Both the position numbers and the translations under genes were made by a program. Shown in pieces: positions 18,085 to 25,917 of a stretch of DNA of 64,000 bases. Every line of letters starts with the position of its first letter. Positions within the stretch are counted from its first letter, which is position 1. The notes beneath the pieces were generated by a model. That model was not told the DNA's origin. It saw nothing but the letters and a program-made list of their open reading frames with translations, and did no database searches. Source of the DNA: Candidatus Levyibacteriota bacterium (GTDB taxonomy: Bacteria; Patescibacteriota; Microgenomatia; Levybacterales; UBA12049); NCBI GenBank assembly GCA_016182235.1, contig JACOXT010000003.1, forward strand, positions 2,209 through 66,208, in the 5' to 3' direction.

Positions 18085-18648
18085 TTACGCCTTAAATATG
18101 ATTACTGAGGCGATGGAGAAGTAAATAAGAAGACTAATTAGGTCTTGAATTGCAGTTGTAAAGGGCCCGGAACCAACCGCCGGATCTTTGTGTTCTTTCT
18201 GGAGAATTGTTGGCATAATAAGAGATACCGCTGGTGCAATGGCCATACTTATGAACATAGCAAGTCCTACAGTGAGAGAAATAGGAAAAGATTTAAACCA
18301 AATTAGAGCAAAAACTCCTAAGCATATTCCAAATATTAGACCGAGAAACAATCCCAATAGCAGTTCCTTAAAGAGATATTTTACAAAGCTAATTCTCTCC
18401 TTTCCTAAATTTCTAATATATACTTCTTCTGTTTGGTGTCCTACGGCATCAGCCATATAGACAATAACAGGAATAAAGTACGCGAGATCTAAATTTTGTA
18501 ATAGCACTTTTTCAAACTGAGAAGCGAAAATGGCGGCAATCATTCCTCCTGTTAATCCGACAAAAAGCCATGGGACTCTATGTCTAATCAAGAGCGAAAC
18601 ACGTTCTTTGGCGTCATCTTCTAATTGCGAAGACTGAAGTGTTGCCAT
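18085..18648 (-). CDS. MgtE-family divalent cation transporter, TM domain only
   Basis: PVIVYMADAVGHQTE and GSGPFTTAIQDLISLLIYF are MgtE membrane-domain motifs. At 187 aa there is no room for the N-terminal or CBS domains. Confidence 0.6.
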   Translation of the reverse strand: MATLQSSQLEDDAKERVSLLIRHRVPWLFVGLTGGMIAAIFASQFEKVLLQNLDLAYFIPVIVYMADAVGHQTEEVYIRNLGKERISFVKYLFKELLLGLFLGLIFGICLGVFALIWFKSFPISLTVGLAMFISMAIAPAVSLIMPTILQKEHKDPAVGSGPFTTAIQDLISLLIYFSIASVIIFKA

Positions 18649-19312
18649 ATAAGTTTATATTTATCATATCAGATTTTTTATTTTGCCTTAACATCTTTTT
18701 TATTGGCGCATAGGATTTACGGTGGATTGGGGAGATTCCATGTTTTTTTAATGCTTCTTGATGCGCTTTAGTTCCATAGCCAACATTTTTGGAAAAATAA
18801 TAATATGGGTATTTTCTCGCAAGTTTTTTCATGATTCTATCTCTTGTAACTTTAGCCAAAACCGATGCGGCAGAGATTGAATAGTGAAATAATCCTCCTT
18901 TTTTAATTCTTCTTGATTTATATTTATAAAGTCTTAGAGTTTTTCCTCCATCGACCAAAACAAGTGAAATATCTATTCCGAAATTTGCTTTTAAATTTTC
19001 CAAAGACAAAAACATTGCTTTTCGAACTCCTTTTTGGATTCCAAGAACATCAATATCTCTTTCGCTAACAATTCCTATGCCATATCCAGAAGATTTTTTG
19101 CAAATCTTATGATAGGCTTTCTCTCTTTGACTTTTAGTCATTTTTTTACTATCCCGAACGCCGGCAACTATCTGATTTTCCGAGTGGATAACAACAGAGG
19201 CAGCAGTTACAGGACCGGCCCACGGGCCGCGTCCTGCTTCGTCAACGCCCGCGATATTTTTAAACCCTTTTTCCCAAAGCGATTTTTCCAAAAATAATGT
19301 AGGAGTGATCAT
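18614..19312 (-). CDS. rnhB: Ribonuclease HII
   Basis: GVDEAGRGPWAGPV and the SAASVLAK context are present. Typical length. Confidence 0.85.
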   Translation of the reverse strand: MITPTLFLEKSLWEKGFKNIAGVDEAGRGPWAGPVTAASVVIHSENQIVAGVRDSKKMTKSQREKAYHKICKKSSGYGIGIVSERDIDVLGIQKGVRKAMFLSLENLKANFGIDISLVLVDGGKTLRLYKYKSRRIKKGGLFHYSISAASVLAKVTRDRIMKKLARKYPYYYFSKNVGYGTKAHQEALKKHGISPIHRKSYAPIKKMLRQNKKSDMININLYGNTSVFAIRR

Positions 19313-19851
19313 GTAACATCGTTCTTAAATTCTTTTAAAAGTTTTTGAATTTTTGGATTTATTACTATTTGGCAATAGGCAGATGTTTGATTTTTTTCAT
19401 AGAAACTTTGATGGTATTCTTCCGCTTTGTAGAAGGTCGAAAAAGGGAGTATCTCCGTTACGATTTTTGAATTGAATTTTGCGGATTTCTCTAATTTTTC
19501 CTTAGACTCTTCGGCTGATTGTTTCTGCTTTGCAGAATGGTAAAAAATTATAGATCTATATTGCGTTCCAATATCTGCCCCTTGGCGATTAAGTGTTGTT
19601 GGGTCATGCGTTGCGAAGAATACGTCAAGAATTTTCTCATAGGAAATAATAGAAGGATCAAATTTTATTTGAATAGATTCAGCATGTCCCGTTGTACCCA
19701 TCGAAACTTGATCATAAGACGGATTGGAATTTTCTCCTCCCGTACCTCCTGCGTAGCCGGACATAACAGATACAACGCCTTTTAATCTTTTAAATATCGC
19801 CTCCGTGCACCAAAAGCAACCCCCTCCTAAAGTCGCAGTTTCAAGATTCAT
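19309..19851 (-). CDS. msrA: Peptide-methionine (S)-S-oxide reductase
   Basis: GGGCFWCTEA active site and the HDPT..NRQG.D.G.QYRS motif. Confidence 0.9.
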   Translation of the reverse strand: MNLETATLGGGCFWCTEAIFKRLKGVVSVMSGYAGGTGGENSNPSYDQVSMGTTGHAESIQIKFDPSIISYEKILDVFFATHDPTTLNRQGADIGTQYRSIIFYHSAKQKQSAEESKEKLEKSAKFNSKIVTEILPFSTFYKAEEYHQSFYEKNQTSAYCQIVINPKIQKLLKEFKNDVT

Positions 19852-19929
19852 AAGTCTATTTTATCAGATTATTCTATTGACTTTTGGATCTTTTAATGAA
19901 ACACTAATTATTGGAAGGGGGTGATAAAA

Positions 19930-20097
19930 ATGGATGCAAAAATGAAGGCATGCTTTACTCCACACGCCATGATGCACGGTTTATTTGGTATTGGTTTGGG
20001 AATAATTTTGGTATCGCTTATCCCGGGGCTTAATTCGCTGTGGCTGGGAGTGGTGGTCGCGGCCGTTGCTTTGGCCGTGGACATGATGCGTAAATAG
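19930..20097 (+). CDS. Small (55 aa) two-TM membrane protein, not in ORF track
   Basis: A strong SD, GAAGGGGGTGAT, lies 4-5 nt upstream of the ATG. The product is MDAKMKACFTPHAMMHGLFGIGLGIILVSLIPGLNSLWLGVVVAAVALAVDMMRK. Confidence 0.45.
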   Translation: MDAKMKACFTPHAMMHGLFGIGLGIILVSLIPGLNSLWLGVVVAAVALAVDMMRK

Positions 20098-20130
20098 ATT
20101 GCTGTAATATTTTTACGGATTTAATCGACG

Positions 20131-20373
20131 TTGTATATGATGAGTGAGCCTTATCACGAGTTTGGACTGGCTCAACAGCCCCAAAAAAAGATCAGTATTC
20201 ATTGGATTGCTCAGGAGATACCAGATGTAGTTTCAACTATTCTCGGTATAGTGATTGTTATAATAGTTGCTATAGTGTCCTATAACTTAGGAGCAATAAA
20301 AGGTCAGCCGATAATTAGAGTTATCGGCGGATCAAGTCAAGTTTGCCAATACGATCAAGCTCTGAGAAAATAG
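20131..20373 (+). CDS. Hypothetical small membrane protein
   Basis: 80-aa ORF with one TM helix. The real start is probably ATG 20137 or 20140. Confidence 0.35.
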   Translation: MYMMSEPYHEFGLAQQPQKKISIHWIAQEIPDVVSTILGIVIVIIVAIVSYNLGAIKGQPIIRVIGGSSQVCQYDQALRK

Positions 20374-21057
20374 TTACTTTGTGGTAATGTGAATTCTTGC
20401 CTGGTCAAGTATTGCGGGAGCTTTAAGCTGGGTTTTCATTTGCACTTTATATAATTTGTTTCCCTGATCTAATGTAATTGGTTTTGAAACCAAAAATTGA
20501 GGTGTTCCTCCTTCCATAGATACCTCTGAAAACCACACGGGATGTTTGTCTGTTTCATTGAAAAGTCTCACATAGGCAACTTGATTTCCCGTAGGTATTC
20601 TAACCGATGCCTCAAAAACAACGCTCTTGATTGATGGATATTGGGAACTGTCAATATACGCCTTTAGGCCGCCTACATCTTCCCAGTCTTCAGCAGAACT
20701 TGATCCTGATCCAAAAGGCACAAAAAACTCCTTTGTTTGAGAAGTTGCATTACTGGCTGAAACAGGAGATTTTGTTGGTGTCGCATTTTTTTCGCTGGAT
20801 GGCGAAGCTAGCTTAACCGATGATGTCGCTTCATAAATTGCCGCAATACAACTATTTGGACAAATTTGAGACGGTTCTCCCTGGTTTGCTGTGTTTTGGG
20901 CAGGAGTAACTAGAGTATTTTCCTTTCCGGAAGATTTATTAAGATCTCTAAAGTATACAAAATCCAGATAAGCCAGGTTGATAAGTATTATAAGTAGTAC
21001 TATCAAATTAAGTATTTTAAAGGAGAATATGGTGTTAGGGTTTTGGTTATTTTCCAT
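20374..21057 (-). CDS. Hypothetical membrane-anchored exported protein
   Basis: 227 aa with an N-terminal TM helix, a Ser/Thr/Pro-rich linker and a beta-rich C-terminal domain. Confidence 0.45.
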   Translation of the reverse strand: MENNQNPNTIFSFKILNLIVLLIILINLAYLDFVYFRDLNKSSGKENTLVTPAQNTANQGEPSQICPNSCIAAIYEATSSVKLASPSSEKNATPTKSPVSASNATSQTKEFFVPFGSGSSSAEDWEDVGGLKAYIDSSQYPSIKSVVFEASVRIPTGNQVAYVRLFNETDKHPVWFSEVSMEGGTPQFLVSKPITLDQGNKLYKVQMKTQLKAPAILDQARIHITTK

Positions 21058-21101
21058 AAGATGTATATTCTATACTTAACTGTAATTTAAATTTTAAACA
21101 T

Positions 21102-21503
21102 TTGCAAATTCTCAAGATAATGATTTTTGTATGTTATACTTGGATTGTGAGCAACCAAAATCTTCCTTCTTTTTTGATAAGAATGGGACTGGCTTTTGTT
21201 TTTCTATATGCCGCTGTCTATATGACCTTTGCTCCTGAAAAATATATCATTTATTTTCCTGATTTTATGAGGACCTTGGTTCCGGGGAATCCGTTACTTC
21301 ATATATTCGCTATTTTCGAAGTGGTCCTTTCAGTCTTTCTTATTATCGGAAGATTTACTTTTATCGCCGCGATTATTTCTTTTTTGACAATGTTGGCATT
21401 AACAGTTGTTAATTTAGATAAATTTTCTGTTCTTTTCAGAAACGTTTCGATAATCCTTTCCGCCCTTGCCCTCGTTATCCTAAGTAAAAAGAATGAACAA
21501 TAA
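21102..21503 (+). CDS. Small integral membrane protein (DoxX-like topology)
   Basis: Four hydrophobic helices. The track start is a TTG, and ATG 21120 is an alternative. Confidence 0.4.
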   Translation: MQILKIMIFVCYTWIVSNQNLPSFLIRMGLAFVFLYAAVYMTFAPEKYIIYFPDFMRTLVPGNPLLHIFAIFEVVLSVFLIIGRFTFIAAIISFLTMLALTVVNLDKFSVLFRNVSIILSALALVILSKKNEQ

Positions 21504-21544
21504 TTTTAATAGACTAAGCAATATATTGATGTCTTTTGTCCTAA

Positions 21545-21573
21545 TTGACAAGCTATTCGAAAAAGATTAATCT
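21545..21573 (+). promoter_or_regulatory. Sigma70-type promoter (TTGACA-N17-TAATCT) for the TasA-like/vWA gene
   Basis: ttgaca at 21545-21550 and taatct at 21568-21573. The ORF-track 'start' at 21545 is the TTG of this -35 box. Confidence 0.45.
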
Positions 21574-21625
21574 GATTGCGGCATCAACAAGAAGTACCCG
21601 GGCAGGAATCAAAAAGATTTTTAAG

Positions 21626-23038
21626 ATGTCAAAAGCAATCAATACTCGGATAATACTTTCCTTTGTAACACTGCTTTTAGCGGCTTCTGTTATAATCGGC
21701 GGAACTATAGCCTTCTTCTCCGACACCGAAACATCGAAAGAAAATGAAATCGCGGCAGGAGCAATAGATCTTAAGATTGATAACACAAGCTATCTCAACC
21801 ACGCCACGTCTTCGGCAACCACATGGGAGCTTAAAGATCTTACCCCAAACGACTTATTTTTTAACTTTACCGATATAAAACCAGGCGATGAGGGCGAAGA
21901 TACCATAAGCATTCATGTTGATGATAATGACGCGTGGGCGTGCATGGATATGACGCTTACCAAAGATGATGATGTTGACTGTACAGAGCCTGAACTTCTC
22001 GATGATCCAACGTGTTCAGAAAATGATGACTTAAATGATGGAGAACTTGGGGGCTTACTTAGTTTTCTTTTCTGGACGGATGACGGAGACAATGTATTTG
22101 AGACTCACGAATCCGTTATTGCGTCAGGATCGGCGTCGAGTGTTTTGGATAGCAATATTGTTTTGGCAGACGCGGTTACAAACAATGTCGGCGGCCTTCC
22201 TGGAAATCCTTTGACTGGAGGTCAGACATACTATATTGGCAAAGCGTGGTGTTTTGGCACGCTTACTCAAAATCCAGTTGCCGACAATAATGGAATAAGT
22301 CCTATTGTTGATTCAGGAGTACTCTGCGATGGGTCACTCTTGGACAATGCTTCGCAGACAGATTCGGTTATGGGAGACATAAGTTTTAGCGCGGTGCAAT
22401 ACAGAAATAACCCAAGCTTTACTTGCGATGGGACAGAGCCCTCAATTACTCCAACCCCTACACTTACAGCCTGTTTACAGGCAGATGTGATGCTTGTCTT
22501 GGACCGCTCCGGCAGTATCAATTCGGGAGAGCTAGGACAGCTTAAAACCGCGGCAAAAGATTTTGTTGACGCTTTAGGGCTTACCCCACTTGGTATCCAT
22601 GCAGGGCAAACAAGCTTTGCGACAAACGGCAGTCTTGACCATATTCTGAGTTCCAATTCGGTGACTCTTAAGGCGGCAATAGACGCTCTTGTCTCAGGCG
22701 GATTCACAAATCTAAAATCAGGCATTGATTTGGCAACAGGAGAGCTAGCGGGAGTTAACGATAGAGCGGACATAACATCTCCTGACAAGATGATAATTAT
22801 TACAGACGGACATCCAAATAGACCGTTTCCTTCAGCCACCGCTCCTGTCGCGGCAAAATCTTCAGCAGATATAGCAAAGCTGGCAGGAACTGAGATATTT
22901 GTAGTCGGAGTCGGAAGCGATGTCAATACTTCCTATCTGGAGGATGACATCGCGAGTCCCGGACCCGGACATTATTTCCCGGTTAGCGATTACTCGGATC
23001 TGGAAACAGCTTTAGAAAACCTAGACATTTGCGAATAA
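21626..23038 (+). CDS. TasA/camelysin-family N-terminal domain fused to von Willebrand factor A domain, SipW-cognate signal peptide
   Basis: The signal is MSKAINTRIILSFVTLLLAASVIIGGTIAFFSDTETS..AAGAIDL. Blocks are shared with the 23491 paralogue (DIKPGDEGEDTIS, WTDDGDNVFE, YYIGKAWCFG, TQTDS..DISFSAVQYRNN). The C-terminal vWA domain has the MIDAS motif DVMLVLDRSGSI and ITDGHPN. Confidence 0.75.
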   Translation: MSKAINTRIILSFVTLLLAASVIIGGTIAFFSDTETSKENEIAAGAIDLKIDNTSYLNHATSSATTWELKDLTPNDLFFNFTDIKPGDEGEDTISIHVDDNDAWACMDMTLTKDDDVDCTEPELLDDPTCSENDDLNDGELGGLLSFLFWTDDGDNVFETHESVIASGSASSVLDSNIVLADAVTNNVGGLPGNPLTGGQTYYIGKAWCFGTLTQNPVADNNGISPIVDSGVLCDGSLLDNASQTDSVMGDISFSAVQYRNNPSFTCDGTEPSITPTPTLTACLQADVMLVLDRSGSINSGELGQLKTAAKDFVDALGLTPLGIHAGQTSFATNGSLDHILSSNSVTLKAAIDALVSGGFTNLKSGIDLATGELAGVNDRADITSPDKMIIITDGHPNRPFPSATAPVAAKSSADIAKLAGTEIFVVGVGSDVNTSYLEDDIASPGPGHYFPVSDYSDLETALENLDICE

Positions 23039-23058
23039 ACAAGTAATAAGTATAAAGG

Positions 23059-23433
23059 ATGAAGTATGAAGTTAAACCGGAAGATATTAGACAAAGAACA
23101 TTTAAATTTGGACTTAGAATAATCGCACTTTGTAAAGAATTACCAAGAAACGAAGTTAATAGGATTTTAATAAACCAAGTGTTAAGATCCGGGACATCAA
23201 TCGGAGCGAATTTGGAAGAGGCAACAGGCGCGCATACTAAATCGGAGTTTATTAATTGTACGAATATTGCAAGAAGAGAGGCGCGGGAAACGCATTATTG
23301 GCTGAAGTTGATTTATGAAATAAGTAATCAAATGATTAAAAATAAGATGAAAGATTTGATAAATGAGTCTAACGAAATCGTAAGTATACTTGTCGTTTCA
23401 GTTAAAAATTTGCAAAGAAATAACAAAAAGTGA
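23059..23433 (+). CDS. Four-helix-bundle protein (23S rRNA intervening-sequence protein family)
   Basis: 124 aa. RTFKFGLRII...NQVLRSGTSIGANLEEA......EFI....IARREARETHYWL is the family signature. Confidence 0.75.
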   Translation: MKYEVKPEDIRQRTFKFGLRIIALCKELPRNEVNRILINQVLRSGTSIGANLEEATGAHTKSEFINCTNIARREARETHYWLKLIYEISNQMIKNKMKDLINESNEIVSILVVSVKNLQRNNKK

Positions 23434-23437
23434 AAAA

Positions 23438-23472
23438 TTCATACTTCGAAGTTCATAATTCGAAGTTCTGAG
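23438..23472. repeat. Degenerate heptamer array (ttcatac ttcgaag ttcataa ttcgaag ttctgag)
   Basis: Five 7-nt units with constant TTC, ending 19 nt before the 23491 ATG. It is related to the array at 41728-41755. Confidence 0.7.
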
Positions 23473-23490
23473 AAGGGGGGTGATAAAATT

Positions 23491-24402
23491 ATGTTACAGG
23501 CAATTAATACAAAAGTTTTACTAAGCGCAGTAACCATACTCGCGGCAGCAGCAATTGCAATCGGCGCGACATTCGCTTTCTTTAGCGACACCGAAACATC
23601 AACAGGCAATGTCCTAGCCGCCGGCGCAATTGATCTGAAGGTTGACAACACATGTTACTACAACGGTAACGCTTGTGTTCATGGTGAATTTGAAGGTACA
23701 GACACGCGATGTTCTTGTACTTGGGAACCGACTGATCTATCTGAAGAGCATTTGTTCTTTGACCTTTCTGATATTAAACCAGGAGATTGGGAAGAAGATA
23801 CTATTAGCTTGGCAGTCGAGAATAACGAAGCTTGGCTTTGTGCTGATGTTACGCTTACGAGCGATGATGACAATAGCATCACAGAACCAGAAGCAGAAGA
23901 TGGAGACCCTGATACCGCACCAGGAATTGGACTAGGTGAGTTAGCAGACGCTGTTAACTTCTACTGGTGGGCTGATGATGGAGACAATGTCTTCGAGTGT
24001 GTAATGGAACAAACATCTGAAGGCTTAGTGTGTAATCCAGACGCAGAAGGCTCAGAACATCTTTTACCAGCAGGTCCCATGGGGAACCTTGATGTAGACG
24101 AAACAGCAACAGTTGCCCTAGCTGATTCTGATGAAAATATCTGGGGATTACCAGGACCTATTCCTCAAGGAGGGGAAACTTTTTATATCGGTAAGGCCTG
24201 GTGTTTTGGAGACTCGGATATGACTCCTTATCCTCAGGGTGAGCAGAGTGGTCCTGATGAAAGACCAGTAACGTGTGATGGTTCTGATGTGAATAATATT
24301 ACTCAGACCGATAGCTTCACAGCTGATATAGCATTCAGAGCTGTTCAGGCAAGGAACAATGATGAGTTCCAATGTGAGGTTCCAACACCAACCCCATCAT
24401 AA
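23491..24402 (+). CDS. TasA/camelysin-family secreted protein with SipW-cognate signal peptide
   Basis: MLQAINTKVLLSAVTILAAAAIAIGATFAFFSDTETS..AAGAIDLKVDN. It is a paralogue of the N-terminal half of the 21626 gene. The SD is GAAGGGGGGTGAT. Confidence 0.75.
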   Translation: MLQAINTKVLLSAVTILAAAAIAIGATFAFFSDTETSTGNVLAAGAIDLKVDNTCYYNGNACVHGEFEGTDTRCSCTWEPTDLSEEHLFFDLSDIKPGDWEEDTISLAVENNEAWLCADVTLTSDDDNSITEPEAEDGDPDTAPGIGLGELADAVNFYWWADDGDNVFECVMEQTSEGLVCNPDAEGSEHLLPAGPMGNLDVDETATVALADSDENIWGLPGPIPQGGETFYIGKAWCFGDSDMTPYPQGEQSGPDERPVTCDGSDVNNITQTDSFTADIAFRAVQARNNDEFQCEVPTPTPS

Positions 24403-24486
24403 TTTAATCAGTGGTTGGTTTTAGAACAAAGGGAGGTTGCTGAAGTACAAAGCGCCTCCCCGGGACCCTGCGAGAGGTGAAGTTTG

Positions 24487-24575
24487 AATTGCGAAGTGCG
24501 AATTATGAAATCCAAAGAACTTCCGTATACCTCATAGCTCATACTTCATAATTCATAATTCATAATTCATAATTC
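24487..24575. repeat. Heptamer arrays upstream of sipW (aattgcg aagtgcg aattatg ... catagct catactt cataatt x4)
   Basis: 24487-24507 and 24533-24575. The two halves are partly reverse-complementary (gaattatgaa versus ttcataattc). The last unit ends 7 nt before the ATG at 24582. Confidence 0.7.
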
Positions 24576-24581
24576 TTTTCT

Positions 24582-25916
24582 ATGCGTACGATATTCAAAT
24601 GGATAAATATCCTTCTTTCGGTTGGGATTTTTTTTGTAGCATTGGGAGTGCTCTATGTTGCCATTCCGTATTTTGGCAATCAGGCTTTAGTAGTCCGTTC
24701 GGGATCAATGAGTCCAGCAATTGACGCCGGTTCAATTGTTGTTGTCCGCGCGGGCCGGGATTTCATTTCCCCAATTGCTTCTGCTCCTATATACAACACA
24801 GGCGATATTATTGCTTTCCGCTCTGATAAAAATCAAAATACCATCATAACTCACAGAATTGTCGGTACCAAGGCAGAAGCATCCGGCGTTGTTTACAAGA
24901 CAAAAGGAGACGCGAACAAAGACGTTGATGGTTGGGTAGTCAAAGAAGAAAATGTTTTGGGAAAAGCTTCTTTTAATTTACCGCAGTTTGGATATGTTTT
25001 GGCTTTTGCGAGATCAAATTTAGGATTTCCGCTTCTTATTATAGTGCCAGCTTTATTTGTGATCTTGTTGGAGCTTTATAATATTACTAAGACTATAAGA
25101 GAGGCAACAAGTGTAAAAAAGATAAAAATTGTAAGAGAGATAAGAAGCCATCTGCATCATCCGCTTCACCTATCAGGAATTAAGACTTTTGTTCCGATTC
25201 TCTTGATTGGTTTGGCAATCCCAATCGCTTTCGCGTTTCCAAGCGATACGGAAACAAGTTCCAACAATGTCTTTACCGCCGCGGAGGATTTTTTTGTAGA
25301 TTCATCTACAACTCCAACCCCACCGCCTCCTCCGACCGCGTTTGGAATCGCGGATCATATCGTGATCAGCGAGGTACAGATTGCCACTTCCGGCGCAACC
25401 ACTAGTGATTTTGTTGAACTTTATAATCCTACATCTTCCAGTATCAATTTAAGTGGATTCCATTTAGTAAAACGCACATCAACAGGAACTTCTTCTGCAA
25501 ATCTGAAAGCATTTTCTTCCTCTGATATTATTCCAGCTCACGGTTTTTATTTGTGGGCTAGTACAGACGGAGGGTATGCCACGCAAATTGGGGCAGATGT
25601 AAGTACAGGAGAAAACATTACAAGCAATAACAGCGTTGCCCTTTTAGATTCTTCCGATGTAATAGTTGATGCTGTTGCTTGGGGAAGTGGCCATACAGCT
25701 CCTCTTATTGAGGGAAGCGCTTTTTCAATAAATCCTGGTGCAAATCAAAGCATGGAAAGAAAAGCATTGTCAACATCAACAGTTGCTACAATGGATATTG
25801 GAGGCGCGGATGAGTTTAAGGGAAACGGTTTTGACTTGGATGATAATTCAACAGATTTTATTCTAAGAACTCTTTCTCAGCCGCAGAATAGCGGAAGTTT
25901 GATAGAAATGCCCTAA
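24582..25916 (+). CDS. sipW: SipW-type (ER/archaeal-type S26B) signal peptidase I fused to a lamin-tail domain
   Basis: The peptidase boxes are VRSGSMSPAI, IITHRIV and KGDANKDVD, followed by a C-terminal TM helix. After that come a second TM helix, AFAFPSDTETSSNNVFTA (nt 25242-25259 = SDTETS) and a Pro/Thr linker. The LTD pattern is IVISEVQ...SDFVELYNPTSSSINLSGFHL...NNSVALLDSSDVIVDAVAWG. Confidence 0.8.
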   Translation: MRTIFKWINILLSVGIFFVALGVLYVAIPYFGNQALVVRSGSMSPAIDAGSIVVVRAGRDFISPIASAPIYNTGDIIAFRSDKNQNTIITHRIVGTKAEASGVVYKTKGDANKDVDGWVVKEENVLGKASFNLPQFGYVLAFARSNLGFPLLIIVPALFVILLELYNITKTIREATSVKKIKIVREIRSHLHHPLHLSGIKTFVPILLIGLAIPIAFAFPSDTETSSNNVFTAAEDFFVDSSTTPTPPPPPTAFGIADHIVISEVQIATSGATTSDFVELYNPTSSSINLSGFHLVKRTSTGTSSANLKAFSSSDIIPAHGFYLWASTDGGYATQIGADVSTGENITSNNSVALLDSSDVIVDAVAWGSGHTAPLIEGSAFSINPGANQSMERKALSTSTVATMDIGGADEFKGNGFDLDDNSTDFILRTLSQPQNSGSLIEMP

Positions 25917-25917
25917 T

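Noticed and set aside
22267-22926. 219-aa ORF antisense to the TasA-like/vWA gene. There are many similar antisense or embedded ORFs in the track, for example 160-342, 846-1028, 3203-3406, 11738-11995, 16584-16934, 39101-39541, 55270-55641 and 63414-63710.
   Set aside because: Each lies entirely inside a longer opposite-strand or same-strand ORF that carries clear family motifs. Their products are low-complexity mirror translations with no recognisable motifs.
24431-24460. GGGAGG...CCTCCC hairpin after the TasA-like gene as a rho-independent terminator.
   Set aside because: The stem is only 6 bp with an 18-nt loop and has no downstream T-tract (it is followed by cgggaccctgcgag). This is too weak to call.
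24582-25916. Possibility that the SipW-LTD fusion is really two adjacent genes.
   Set aside because: The frame is continuously open across the junction (about 25090-25340), with no internal stop and no SD/ATG context. I therefore kept it as one CDS, but flagged it for read-level verification.
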